Positions 33,094-42,131 of a stretch of DNA of 47,759 nt are shown here, one piece after another. Position 1 is the first letter of the stretch. The number at the start of each line of letters is the position of its first letter. Source of the DNA: Actinomycetota bacterium. Lineage in GTDB: Bacteria; Actinomycetota; Acidimicrobiia; Acidimicrobiales; BP-101. The notes beneath the pieces were generated by a model. It saw only the letters and a list, made by a program, of their open reading frames with translations. It searched no databases and was not told the DNA's origin. The stretch lies in the NCBI GenBank assembly GCA_030838265.1, contig JAUTXA010000070.1:1-47759 (forward strand), given 5' to 3'. A program made the translations under genes and the position numbers.

Positions 33094-35246
33094 CAACGGT
33101 GTCACGCACGGTCGAAGACCAAGGCCCTGACGCCGCCGAGGGCGAGGACTCGCTCTACCGGGGGGTCTCCCGCCACGAGCTGGTCGAGGACTTCCGGTTG
33201 GCCTGCATCTCGCGGGCCCTCGACGACCGGGAGATCATGCTGCAGAAGCAGAGCCGGGTGTTCTTCCAGATCTCGGGGGCGGGCCACGAGGCGCTGCTCC
33301 TCGGTCTGGCTCGGAGCCTGCGTCCGGGCTACGACTGGTTCTTCCCGTACTACCGCGACCGGGCTCTCGTCCTGGGTCTCGGCGTGACCCCCGAGGAGAT
33401 CCTGTTCCAGGCCGTCGGGTCGGTCGAGGACCCGTCGTCATCGGGCCGCCAGATGCCGTGCCACTGGGGGTCGAAGGCCCTGAACATCGTCACCCAGTCG
33501 AGCCCGACCGGCAGCCAGTGCATTCCGGCCGTGGGCTGCGCCGAGGCCGCCCGCTACATCTCCCGCCGTCCCGACCTGCCCGGCTGCGTAGCTCACGGCG
33601 ACGAGGTCACCTACGTGTCGCTCGGCGAGGGCGCCACGTCCGAGGGCGAGTTCTGGGAGAGCCTGAACACGGCCTGCACCCAGCACCTCCCGGTGGTCTT
33701 CGTCGTGGCTGACAACGGCTTCGCCATCTCTGTTCCGTCGGCCGACCAGTCGCCCGCACCCATCTCCGAGCTGGTCCGGGGGTTCCGGGGGCTGCAGATC
33801 CACAAGATCGACGGGCGCGACTACTTCCAGGTGCGCAAGAAGGGCGCCAAGGCCATCGAGGAGGTGCGGGCGGGCATAGGGCCGGCCCTCATCCACGCCA
33901 CCGTGACCCGTCCCTACTCGCATTCCGCGGCCGACACCCAGAGCAAGTACCGCCCGGCCGAGGAGCTGGCCGACGAGGCCGAGCACGACCCCATCCTCCA
34001 ACTCGAGCGGGCCCTGGTGAAGGGCAAGATCCTGACCGCCGACGAGGTTGCCGACATCCGCGACGAGGCCAAGCAGACCGTGGCGGCGGCCGCTCGCAAG
34101 GCGCTGGCCGGGGCCAGGCCGGACCCAGCGACCATCACCGAGCAGGTCTACGTCTTGCCCGACATCGCCCTCAACGAGGTCATCGACGACGCCAGCCGGG
34201 ACAGCGGCGAGAAGGGCCTGGGCGACCGCGTCCCCTTTGGCGAAGCCATCAAGCAGACGCTGCACGAGGTCATGGAGCACGACGAGCGGGTCCGCGTCTT
34301 CGGTGAAGACGTGGCCGACGCCCGCGAGGCGGTCCTGGCCAACGTCGAAGGCAAGGGCGGTGTCTTCGGCACCACCCTCGGCCTGCATCGCAAGTACGGC
34401 TTCGCCCGCTGCTTCAACACCCCGCTCTCCGAAGCCAACATCGTGGGCCGGGCCGTCGGCCAGGCCATCCGCGGGCTGCGGCCGGCGCCGGAGGTGCAGT
34501 TCTTCGACTACATCTGGCCCGCCATGCAGCAGATCAAGAGTGAGGCGGCCACCATCCGGTGGCGCTCGAACGGGACCTTCACCTGTCCCATGGTGCTGCG
34601 CATCCCCATCGGTGGCTACCTCACGGGTGGTTCGATCTGGCACAGCCAGAGCGGTGAGTCGATCTTCACCCACATCCCCGGCCTGCTCATCGCCTTCCCG
34701 TCGCGCTCGCGCGATGCGGTCGGGCTCCTGCGCTACGCCTTCCAGTGCGAGGACCCGGTGCTGTTCCTCGAGCACAAGCGTCTGTACCGCCAGCCCTACA
34801 CGGCCGATCCCTTCCCGCCCGCCGAGCACATCATCCCGTTCGGCAAGGCGACCTACCGGACGAGGGGCGACGACCTCACGATTGTCACCTACGGCTACAC
34901 CGTCGAGCTGGCTCGTCAGGCCGCGGCCGTGCTGGCCGACGACGGTGGGGCGACGGTCGAGGTCATCGACCTGCGCTCGCTCGTGCCGTGGGACAAGGAG
35001 ATGGTCGCCGAGTCGGTGGCCAAGACCGGCCGGCTCCTGGTGGTGCACGAGGACATCGTCACCTCAGGTTTCGGCGCCGAGATCGCGGCGTGGGTCGCCG
35101 AGCACCGGTTCTGCGATCTCGACGCCCCCGTCCGCCGGGTCGGCGCCCTCGACACCCACGTGGCCTATGAGCCGACGCTCGAGCAGGCCATCCTCCCGCA
35201 AGTCGACGACATCGTCGCCGCCTCCCGCGAGACCCTGGCCTTCTAG
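33090..35246 (+). CDS. branched-chain 2-oxoacid dehydrogenase E1 component, fused alpha-beta subunits (ThDP-dependent)
   Basis: GTG overlaps the dehydrogenase TGA (GTGA). The alpha part has the ThDP motif LGEGATSEGEFWESLN. The beta/transketolase-like part has FGEDVAD...GGVF and the C-terminal domain. Confidence 0.85.
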   Translation: MTTVSRTVEDQGPDAAEGEDSLYRGVSRHELVEDFRLACISRALDDREIMLQKQSRVFFQISGAGHEALLLGLARSLRPGYDWFFPYYRDRALVLGLGVTPEEILFQAVGSVEDPSSSGRQMPCHWGSKALNIVTQSSPTGSQCIPAVGCAEAARYISRRPDLPGCVAHGDEVTYVSLGEGATSEGEFWESLNTACTQHLPVVFVVADNGFAISVPSADQSPAPISELVRGFRGLQIHKIDGRDYFQVRKKGAKAIEEVRAGIGPALIHATVTRPYSHSAADTQSKYRPAEELADEAEHDPILQLERALVKGKILTADEVADIRDEAKQTVAAAARKALAGARPDPATITEQVYVLPDIALNEVIDDASRDSGEKGLGDRVPFGEAIKQTLHEVMEHDERVRVFGEDVADAREAVLANVEGKGGVFGTTLGLHRKYGFARCFNTPLSEANIVGRAVGQAIRGLRPAPEVQFFDYIWPAMQQIKSEAATIRWRSNGTFTCPMVLRIPIGGYLTGGSIWHSQSGESIFTHIPGLLIAFPSRSRDAVGLLRYAFQCEDPVLFLEHKRLYRQPYTADPFPPAEHIIPFGKATYRTRGDDLTIVTYGYTVELARQAAAVLADDGGATVEVIDLRSLVPWDKEMVAESVAKTGRLLVVHEDIVTSGFGAEIAAWVAEHRFCDLDAPVRRVGALDTHVAYEPTLEQAILPQVDDIVAASRETLAF

Positions 35247-35262
35247 CCCTTCATCGAGTGGG

Positions 35263-35601
35263 CTAGCCCTGCTCGTCGGGCTCGCTGGGCTCGACGAGGG
35301 GATCGCCCTCGTCGATCTCGTCGACCCGCTCGCGGAGATTGGCCGCCGCCTCCGGGTCGGTGGCCAGGCGCTCGGCCAGGCCGGCCGCCGTCTCGTCCAT
35401 GAAGTTCGGATCGATCACTGCCACTGCGGTTCGCTGGCCCAAGAGGTAGGCGCCGTTGGCCAAGCCGTCCTCGTCGGCGATGGCGTCGAGGATCTCGGTC
35501 GGCGTGTGGCCCGTCCGCCGGACGTACTCATGCAGAGCCGCATTGCGCTCGGCCAGCTTGGCCTCGAGGTCGATCTCCATCCCCATACCTAACCCCATCA
35601 C
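35263..35601 (-). CDS. hypothetical small acidic protein
   Basis: 112-aa ORF in the gap between well-supported genes, with coding-like composition. No recognisable motif and an uncertain start. Confidence 0.35.
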   Translation of the reverse strand: MMGLGMGMEIDLEAKLAERNAALHEYVRRTGHTPTEILDAIADEDGLANGAYLLGQRTAVAVIDPNFMDETAAGLAERLATDPEAAANLRERVDEIDEGDPLVEPSEPDEQG

Positions 35602-35640
35602 CGGCCCCAGGCCAAGGGCCAGGACGCGGGCCGCCAGGGC

Positions 35641-36195
35641 CTACGACGCGCCGCCTTCATACGGGAACCCCAGGTCGAGGGCCGTCACGAGGGCCGCGAA
35701 GGGCACGCCGAGCTCGGCGGCGAGGGCCTCGCCCGTCCCGCCGCGATCGACCATCGTGAGCACCAACACGGGCTCGGCGCCGACATCGCGCACGGCAGCA
35801 ATGGCCTCGACCGCCGAGGTGCCCCGGGTGGCGGCGTCTTCGGTGATGACGACCTTGTCGCCGGGCTCCAAGGCCCCGGCGATGCGGCCGCCGCCGCCGT
35901 GATCCTTGACCTCCTTGCGGACGCTGAAGGACCGAAGCGGGCGACCCCGGGTAGCGGCAATGGCGGCTACCCCGAAAGCGACGGCATCGGCGCCCATCGT
36001 CAGCCCGCCGATGGCGGTCGCCTCGGAGGGGATGACCTCGAGGGCCAGGTCGGCGATGAGCAGCATCCCCTCGGGTCGGCACGACGTCTGCTTGGCGTCG
36101 ATGAACCACGAGCTCTTCTGGCCTGACTTCAGGGTGAAGTCACCTCGCTGCACCGAGTGCTTGAGAAGGTGGTCGACGAGATCCTGTTTGCTCAC
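35641..36195 (-). CDS. pyrE: orotate phosphoribosyltransferase
   Basis: 184 aa. GDFTLKSGQKSSWFID, and the PRPP-binding motif KVVITEDAATRGTS. Confidence 0.9.
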   Translation of the reverse strand: MSKQDLVDHLLKHSVQRGDFTLKSGQKSSWFIDAKQTSCRPEGMLLIADLALEVIPSEATAIGGLTMGADAVAFGVAAIAATRGRPLRSFSVRKEVKDHGGGGRIAGALEPGDKVVITEDAATRGTSAVEAIAAVRDVGAEPVLVLTMVDRGGTGEALAAELGVPFAALVTALDLGFPYEGGAS

Positions 36196-36204
36196 GTCGT
36201 CAAT

Positions 36205-36636
36205 CTACGGCGTGGGCGACGACCCGTTGGTGAGGCGGGCGATGGTGGCCTCGCGGTGGGCGTCGAGCGTCGTCTCGTCGAAGCCGACGATGCGGCCGAT
36301 GAGCTCGCTGAGCTCGACTGGGCTGAAGGGCTTGGTCACGTAGTCGGCGGCCCCGAGCTCGAGGGCACGCGCCACGTCGCGGGCCGACGACTTGGCCGAC
36401 ACCACCACGACCCGGGGCTTTTCGGTCTCGCCAGACAGACCTTGCAGGACCCCCCACCCGTCCATGACCGGCATCATCACGTCGAGCAGGACGATGTCAA
36501 AGTGCTCTTCGGAGATGCGACGAAGCGCGGTCTCGCCATCGGCGGCGAGGGCTGTCTCGTAGCCGTCGGCCTCGAGATTCACTCGGAGCATCAGCAAGAT
36601 GTCGGGCTCGTCGTCGACGATCAAGACCCGGGTCAC
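36205..36636 (-). CDS. response regulator, receiver domain only (no DNA-binding output)
   Basis: GTG at 36636 (VTRVLIVDDEPD). Phospho-acceptor region IVLLDVMMPVMDG, then SAKS and YVTKPF. Short C-terminal tail. Confidence 0.8.
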   Translation of the reverse strand: MTRVLIVDDEPDILLMLRVNLEADGYETALAADGETALRRISEEHFDIVLLDVMMPVMDGWGVLQGLSGETEKPRVVVVSAKSSARDVARALELGAADYVTKPFSPVELSELIGRIVGFDETTLDAHREATIARLTNGSSPTP

Positions 36637-36652
36637 GTTCCCAACCGATTTC

Positions 36653-38107
36653 CTATCGCACGGGCACAGCGTTGAGGGTGGGGAGCCGGACCGAGAAGTC
36701 GGCGCCACCCCCCGGCCGTGCGCTGACCGTCACAGTACCGCCCTGTGCCTCGGCCAGCATCCGGGCCAGGTAGAGGCCGAGCCCGGCTCCAGGTGCGCCG
36801 CCCGCGTCGAGACGGCGGAACGGATCGAAGACGGCAGCCACCGCCTCGGGCGGGACGCCCTGGCCCCGATCGAGCACCGAGAGGCAAACCTCTTCGCCGA
36901 GGACTGAGCCGTGGACCTCGACCGTCCCCCACGCGTGGGTGAAGGCGTTGTCGACGAAGTTGAACAGGATCTGCTCGATGGCCGTCGGGTCGGCGTTGGC
37001 CATGAGGGGGCCGCTGACGTCGACCTCGACCGGGCGGCCCGCCATCCGCGACAGGCGGGCCACCTGGTAGACGATCTGGGCCAGGTCGATCGGGGCGCAG
37101 GCGATGTCGGCTCCCACCTCGGCCTTCTTCACTTCGAGCACCTCTTCGACCAGCTTGTTGAGACGGCCGGACTGCTCCTCAATGAGCTCGAGCAGGCGCT
37201 CGACGTGGTGCGGGGGGACGTCGCTGCGCTGCAGGGTGCGGGTGGCGCCGATGATCGAAGCCAGCGGCGCCCGCAGCTCATGGCTCACCATGGCCACGAA
37301 CGACGACTTCAGGTGGTTCAGCTCGAGCAGCTCGGCCACGTGGTCGCGCTCGGCCTCGTAGAGCGACGCGTTGGCCACCGCCGAGGCGGCGTGCTCGGCG
37401 AAGAGCGTCAGGACCCGCTGGTCGTACTCGACGAAGCGAGCCGGCGGACGGCTGCGGACCAGCAAGGCGCCCAACACGTTGCCCCGGCTGACGAGCGGGA
37501 CGCACAGCACCGATCCCTCGTCCTCGTGCAGCAGCCGCGGGACGCGTGAGGTGACGACCGTCCCCACGGTGCCCTCGCCCAGCTCGACCCGCTCGTCCTG
37601 GCTGTAGCCGCTCTCGCCGCGGGACGACACGACGCGGACCTTCTCGTCACCCTCAGCGAGCAGGACGGCGCCGGCATCGGCATCGAGCAGCTCGAGGGCG
37701 CTCCCCAGGATGATGTCGAGGGTCTCCTCGAGGGCCAGCACCGAGTTCATGGCCTGGCCGGCCGCGCTGAGGGCAGCCATCTCCCGCACCCGGTTCGACA
37801 GCGCCGTGCTTATCACCCGCTCGTCGACCAGCAGTCGGCTGAGGCGGCGGAGGTGGACTTCCTTGTCGACCACGTAGAGCCCGAAGGCGATGGTCAGCCC
37901 GAACATGGCAAAGCGCACCCCGCCCAGGCTGATGAGGCTGTGGGCCTTCAGAAAGTCGGGCGAGAGAGAGAGCAGCACGGCGCCGGCGGCGAGGCCGGCC
38001 ATGACCAAGAGGGCCACGGCCCAGAGCTGGCTGCGCCGGCGCTCGACGGCGGCCAGCGACGGGGTTTCGACCCCGCGCAGACCGACCACGCGCGCCTCGC
38101 GCGCCAT
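36653..38107 (-). CDS. membrane-anchored GAF-domain sensor histidine kinase
   Basis: ATG at 38107 (MAREARVVGL). Two TM segments and a GAF-like region. H-box SHELRAPLASIIG, N-box FNFVDNAFTHA, G1 DRGQGVP, G2 GAGLGLYLAR. Confidence 0.8.
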   Translation of the reverse strand: MAREARVVGLRGVETPSLAAVERRRSQLWAVALLVMAGLAAGAVLLSLSPDFLKAHSLISLGGVRFAMFGLTIAFGLYVVDKEVHLRRLSRLLVDERVISTALSNRVREMAALSAAGQAMNSVLALEETLDIILGSALELLDADAGAVLLAEGDEKVRVVSSRGESGYSQDERVELGEGTVGTVVTSRVPRLLHEDEGSVLCVPLVSRGNVLGALLVRSRPPARFVEYDQRVLTLFAEHAASAVANASLYEAERDHVAELLELNHLKSSFVAMVSHELRAPLASIIGATRTLQRSDVPPHHVERLLELIEEQSGRLNKLVEEVLEVKKAEVGADIACAPIDLAQIVYQVARLSRMAGRPVEVDVSGPLMANADPTAIEQILFNFVDNAFTHAWGTVEVHGSVLGEEVCLSVLDRGQGVPPEAVAAVFDPFRRLDAGGAPGAGLGLYLARMLAEAQGGTVTVSARPGGGADFSVRLPTLNAVPVR

Positions 38108-38210
38108 TTGCTCCCGTTCGACACCTGAGCCCACATCGTCTCTTCGGCCGGTGCGGGGCTCTTGTTGAACGAAAGACGCGACCAAGCGGCTGATCGGTCG
38201 CCGATCGTGC

Positions 38211-39266
38211 CTAGGACAGGTGGACCTGGCCGCTTCCGGGTGTGACGGAGCCGATGTCGACGGCCCGCTGGCCGTGGCTCCGGAGCACGTCGAGAGCGCG
38301 CAGCACGTCGCCCTTGGGCACGACCGCCACCATCCCGATGCCCAAGTTGAAGACTCGGGCCATCTCGGCATCGCTCACGCCGCCCGCGTGCTGGATCTCG
38401 GCGAAGATCCGGGGGGACTCCCAGCTGCGGCGGTTCACCTCGGCGTCGGCATGTCGAGGGAGCACCCGCGAGAGGTTCCCGGCGATGCCGCCGCCCGTGA
38501 TGTGGGCGACGGCCCGCACGTCGACCGATCGCAGCAGGGCGGCGATGGCGGGCGCGTAGATCACCGATGGCTCGAGGAGCTCGTCGGCCAGGGTGTGGTG
38601 GGCGCCCTCGTAGGCGGGTCCGTCGAGCGAGCGCCCGGCATGCTCGAGCAGGACGCGCCGGGCCAGCGAGTAGCCGTTGCTGCGCAGCCCCGGCGACGGT
38701 AGGCCGATGAGGACGTCGCCCGGCGCCACGTGCTCGCCGGTCACCAGGCGGTCGCGCTCGGCCACGCCGACGGCCATGCCGACCAGGTCGAACTCGTCGG
38801 GCTCCATGGCTCCGGGGTGCTCGGCCATCTCGCCCCCGATCAGCGCACATCCGGCCTGGCGGCAACCCAGGGCGACGCCCGCCACCAACTGCTCGATGTG
38901 GTCGGGGTCGAGGCGTCCGACCGAGATGTAGTCGAGGAAGAACAAGGGCTCGGCGCCCTGGCACACAAGGTCGTCGACGCACATGGCCACCAGGTCGATG
39001 CCGATGGTGTCGAACCGCCCGGTGGCCCGGGCGATCATCGCCTTGGTGCCGACGCCGTCGGTCGAGGCCACGAGGATCGGCTGGCGGAACCGGTCCTGGG
39101 GGAAGGCGAAGAGGCCCCCGAAGCCACCGATGTCGCCGACGACCTCGGGACGGAAGGTCGAGCGGACGTGGCGCTTGATGCGCTCGACGGCCTCCTCACC
39201 GGCGGAGATGTCGACCCCAGCGTCGGCGTAGGTGAACCCCGCGCCTTCGGCGCCGCCCTCAGCCAC
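38211..39266 (-). CDS. purM: phosphoribosylformylglycinamidine cyclo-ligase (AIR synthetase)
   Basis: YADAGVDISAGEEAVERIK, DIGGFGGLF, STDGVGTK, GGEMAEHPG. GTG at 39266 overlaps the purF end by 8 nt. Confidence 0.9.
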   Translation of the reverse strand: MAEGGAEGAGFTYADAGVDISAGEEAVERIKRHVRSTFRPEVVGDIGGFGGLFAFPQDRFRQPILVASTDGVGTKAMIARATGRFDTIGIDLVAMCVDDLVCQGAEPLFFLDYISVGRLDPDHIEQLVAGVALGCRQAGCALIGGEMAEHPGAMEPDEFDLVGMAVGVAERDRLVTGEHVAPGDVLIGLPSPGLRSNGYSLARRVLLEHAGRSLDGPAYEGAHHTLADELLEPSVIYAPAIAALLRSVDVRAVAHITGGGIAGNLSRVLPRHADAEVNRRSWESPRIFAEIQHAGGVSDAEMARVFNLGIGMVAVVPKGDVLRALDVLRSHGQRAVDIGSVTPGSGQVHLS

Positions 39267-40761
39267 GGACCGGTTGGACCTCGAGGACGTGCTTCGACAG
39301 CGCGTCATCGACCTCGGTCGGGTACTCGCCGCTGAGGCAGGCGGTGCAGAAGCCGGCTCCGGGGGCGCCGATGGCGGTGACGAGGTTGTCGAGGCTGAGG
39401 TAGGCCACCGAGTCGGCGTTGAGATACTTGGTGATCTCTTCGAGGCTCATGTTGGCGGCCAGCAGCTCGGCGCGCGTGCCGAAGTCCATGCCGTAGAAGC
39501 AGGGCCACTTGAGGGGCGGCGACGAGATGCGCAGGTGCACCTCGCTGGCGCCGGCCTCGCGCAGCATGCGGACCATCTGGCGCGTCGTGGTGCCCCGCAC
39601 GATGGAGTCGTCGACGACCACCAGGCGCTTGCCGTTGATGTTGGCCCGGAGCGGGTTCAGCTTGCGGCGCACGCCCCGGTCGCGCATGCGCTGGTCGGGG
39701 AGGATGAACGTGCGCCCGATGTAGCGGTTCTTCACCAGACCCTGGCCGTACGGGATGCCGCTGTGGCGGGCGTACCCCTCGGCGGCGGGGACGCCGGACT
39801 CGGGGACACCCATCACCATGTCCGCGGGCACCGGGGCCTGCCGGGCCAGGAGCTCGCCCATGCGCTGCCGAGCGCTGTGGACCTCCTGGTTGTAGAGGAC
39901 GCTGTCGGGACGGGACATGTAGACGAACTCAAAGATGCACAGGGTGGGATTCACCCGCTCCGGGGGGAACGGCCGCACCGACCGGTAGCCGTTGGCGTCG
40001 ACGACGATCATCTCGCCCGGATCGAGCTCGCGCACGAAGTGGGCGCCAATGACATCGAGGGCCGGGGTCTCGGAGGCCAGCACCCAGCCCGCATCGAGCT
40101 TGCCGAGGCAGAGGGGCCGGAAGCCGTGCGGGTCGCGCACCCCGATGACGTGGGCCGCGTCCATCAAGACGAACGAGAAGGCGCCTTCGAGGCGAGGGAG
40201 CACCTTGAGGAGCGCCCGCTCGAGGTCGCGTCCGTCGCTGCTCATGGCCTCGTCGCTGGGGAACTCCCGGGCGATGAGCTCGCCCACCAGGTCGCTGTCG
40301 CTGGTGACGGTGCCGGGCAACATGCCGGCTTCGTCGGCCAGGGTCGGCGTGTTGGTGAGGTTGCCGTTGTGACCCAGCGCGAACCCCGACTCACCCGGCT
40401 CGCGGTAGACGGGCTGGGCGTTGTGCCAGGTGCTCGAGCCGGTCGTGGAGTAGCGGGTGTGGCCGATGGCCAGATGGCCTTGCAAGGCGGCCAGCTTGTA
40501 GTCATCGAACGCGTTGCTGACGAGACCCATGCTCTTCTCGACGAAGATGCGCTCGCCGTCGCTCACCGCCATGCCGGCTGACTCCTGACCCCGGTGTTGC
40601 AGGGCGAACAAACCGTCGAAGGTCAGGTGGGAGACGGGCTGGCCCGGGGCGTACACACCGAAGACCCCGCACGCTTCGTGGATGGTGTCGCCCTCACCAT
40701 CTCCGGACCCAGCGCCTCGAGACTCGAAGGCCTCGGGGGGCGGCGAGGGAGCGCTCGTCAC
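39259..40761 (-). CDS. purF: amidophosphoribosyltransferase
   Basis: Ntn-type CGVFGVY after a propeptide, LQHRGQESAGMA, PRT motif LVVVDDSIVRGTT, and Fe-S Cys residues near the C-terminus (CFYGMD, FCTAC). Confidence 0.95.
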   Translation of the reverse strand: MTSAPSPPPEAFESRGAGSGDGEGDTIHEACGVFGVYAPGQPVSHLTFDGLFALQHRGQESAGMAVSDGERIFVEKSMGLVSNAFDDYKLAALQGHLAIGHTRYSTTGSSTWHNAQPVYREPGESGFALGHNGNLTNTPTLADEAGMLPGTVTSDSDLVGELIAREFPSDEAMSSDGRDLERALLKVLPRLEGAFSFVLMDAAHVIGVRDPHGFRPLCLGKLDAGWVLASETPALDVIGAHFVRELDPGEMIVVDANGYRSVRPFPPERVNPTLCIFEFVYMSRPDSVLYNQEVHSARQRMGELLARQAPVPADMVMGVPESGVPAAEGYARHSGIPYGQGLVKNRYIGRTFILPDQRMRDRGVRRKLNPLRANINGKRLVVVDDSIVRGTTTRQMVRMLREAGASEVHLRISSPPLKWPCFYGMDFGTRAELLAANMSLEEITKYLNADSVAYLSLDNLVTAIGAPGAGFCTACLSGEYPTEVDDALSKHVLEVQPVRG

Positions 40762-40817
40762 CCCTCTATCCTCCCACAGGCCATCGGCCTACCCCATGAG
40801 GCTCGGCCTCGGGATCG

Positions 40818-41927
40818 TCAGTGCTGGAGCAGGTTGTCGACGGTATCGGCCACGCCGTTGACGACCTTGCTCAGGTCAACCGGCTCGGGCTTGGCCGGCC
40901 CAGCCTCGGCCGCGGGCGTCGGCGGACTGATCGACGTCGTCGACGGAAGGGTCCGGGCGATCGGCGCCGTGCGCGGGGCGTTGCTGGTGAAGTCGGACGA
41001 CGTGGGCACGCCGCTCGGCGACGGCAGCACGTCAGGCTTGGCCGGGCCGGGCACGGCGACCGGTGCCGCCGGGAGACCGGAGCCGGCCTGCGGTGCGGAC
41101 CTGGGGGCCGGCGCCACGGACAAGCTCAGGGCGAGCAGACCGGCCGCGGCCGACGCCGCTACCTTCTCCGATGCGCCCGACACACCAGGAGTGGCGATGA
41201 GGGCGGCCGCCATCGAGCTGGCCGCGGCGTGCACGGCGTGGGCGGCGGCCGAGGCCAACCGGCTCAGGGGGTTGTCGGTCGATGCCACGGTGGTCGTCAG
41301 GCCGGCGGCCGCCGCGCTCGACAGCGTCGTCAGGGTGGCCGTGCCCGCGTCGTTGGACGCGCTTTGCACCGACGACGCCAGGCGGCGGCGAGCCCGCAGC
41401 AAGAGCGAGTCCACCGCACCGAGCGAGAGCCCGAGGGCGGCGGCGATCTCAGGAGGACGCCGGTCCTCGAGGTGACGAGCGATCACGACTTCGCGCTGGC
41501 GCACAGGGAGGGTGGCCAGCGCCTTGTGCACCTGGCGGCGCTGCTCGTCAGCGAGGAGCGACTCTTCAGGGAGGCCGACGGTGGTCGGGTCGGTCCGGCC
41601 CTCGTAGGGGTCTTCCTCGGGGGTGGTGCGGGTGCGGGCCCGGATGGAGTCGATGCACATGCGAGCGGCGATCACCTGCACCCACGGTCCGAAGCGGTGC
41701 TCGCCGCCGCAGAGCTCGATGCGCTCGAGGGCCCGCACGAAGGCGGCCTGGGCCACCTCATCGGCGTCGACCAGGCTGCCCAAACGGCGGGCGCAGACCC
41801 GGCGGACCGGCGCGTAGTGGCGGCGGAACAACTCGGCGAAGGCCTCCTGGTCACCCGCCTGGGCGGCGAGGACGAGGTTGGCGTCGTCTTCGAGGTCTCG
41901 GATGGATGCGACCACAGGAACCCCCAT
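40818..41927 (-). CDS. ECF (group IV) sigma-70 factor with about 185-aa C-terminal extension containing a putative TM segment
   Basis: Region 2 (LAAQAGDQEAFAELFRRHYAPVRRVC; DEVAQAAFVRAL). Region 4 (LPVRQREVVIARHLEDRRPPEIAAALGLSLGAVDSLLLRARRRL). An Ala/Ser/Pro-rich extension follows, with hydrophobic stretch AASAAAGLLALSLSVAPA. Confidence 0.8.
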   Translation of the reverse strand: MGVPVVASIRDLEDDANLVLAAQAGDQEAFAELFRRHYAPVRRVCARRLGSLVDADEVAQAAFVRALERIELCGGEHRFGPWVQVIAARMCIDSIRARTRTTPEEDPYEGRTDPTTVGLPEESLLADEQRRQVHKALATLPVRQREVVIARHLEDRRPPEIAAALGLSLGAVDSLLLRARRRLASSVQSASNDAGTATLTTLSSAAAAGLTTTVASTDNPLSRLASAAAHAVHAAASSMAAALIATPGVSGASEKVAASAAAGLLALSLSVAPAPRSAPQAGSGLPAAPVAVPGPAKPDVLPSPSGVPTSSDFTSNAPRTAPIARTLPSTTSISPPTPAAEAGPAKPEPVDLSKVVNGVADTVDNLLQH

Positions 41928-41940
41928 TCAGCCAGGTTCG

Positions 41941-41958
41941 AAAGGTTCCCCAACCTTT
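41941..41958. promoter_or_regulatory. perfect palindrome in the 5' leader of the ECF sigma gene
   Basis: AAAGGTT-CCCC-AACCTTT, located 14-31 nt upstream of the sigma start codon at 41927. Confidence 0.3.
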
Positions 41959-42131
41959 GTGTGTGATGCCCTGCTTTTGCGGCCTGAGCGTGCCCGGAAT
42001 CCAGCCCCTACGGTACATGGTTCGTCACATCTGCCCAGACTCCTCCCTATTCTTCCGACTTCGCTGCTGACCACCAATTCTTCCTGGCGGCGGGCCCTGC
42101 CGGAGCAGCAGCCGGGTGCGATGATCTCGGC

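Noticed and set aside
35243-35267. 7-bp inverted repeat (CTAGCCC-N10-GGGCTAG) between the convergent E1 gene and the hypothetical gene
   Set aside because: The stem is short with a large loop, and it overlaps both stop codons. It could arise by chance.
39232-40581. 449-aa plus-strand ORF opposite purF. Similar long antisense ORFs lie at 33438..35048, 6817..8100, 30071..31618, 31912..33105, 43271..44374 and 46126..47130.
   Set aside because: All overlap genes with unambiguous homology on the other strand, and all show the low-complexity composition typical of GC-rich antisense frames.
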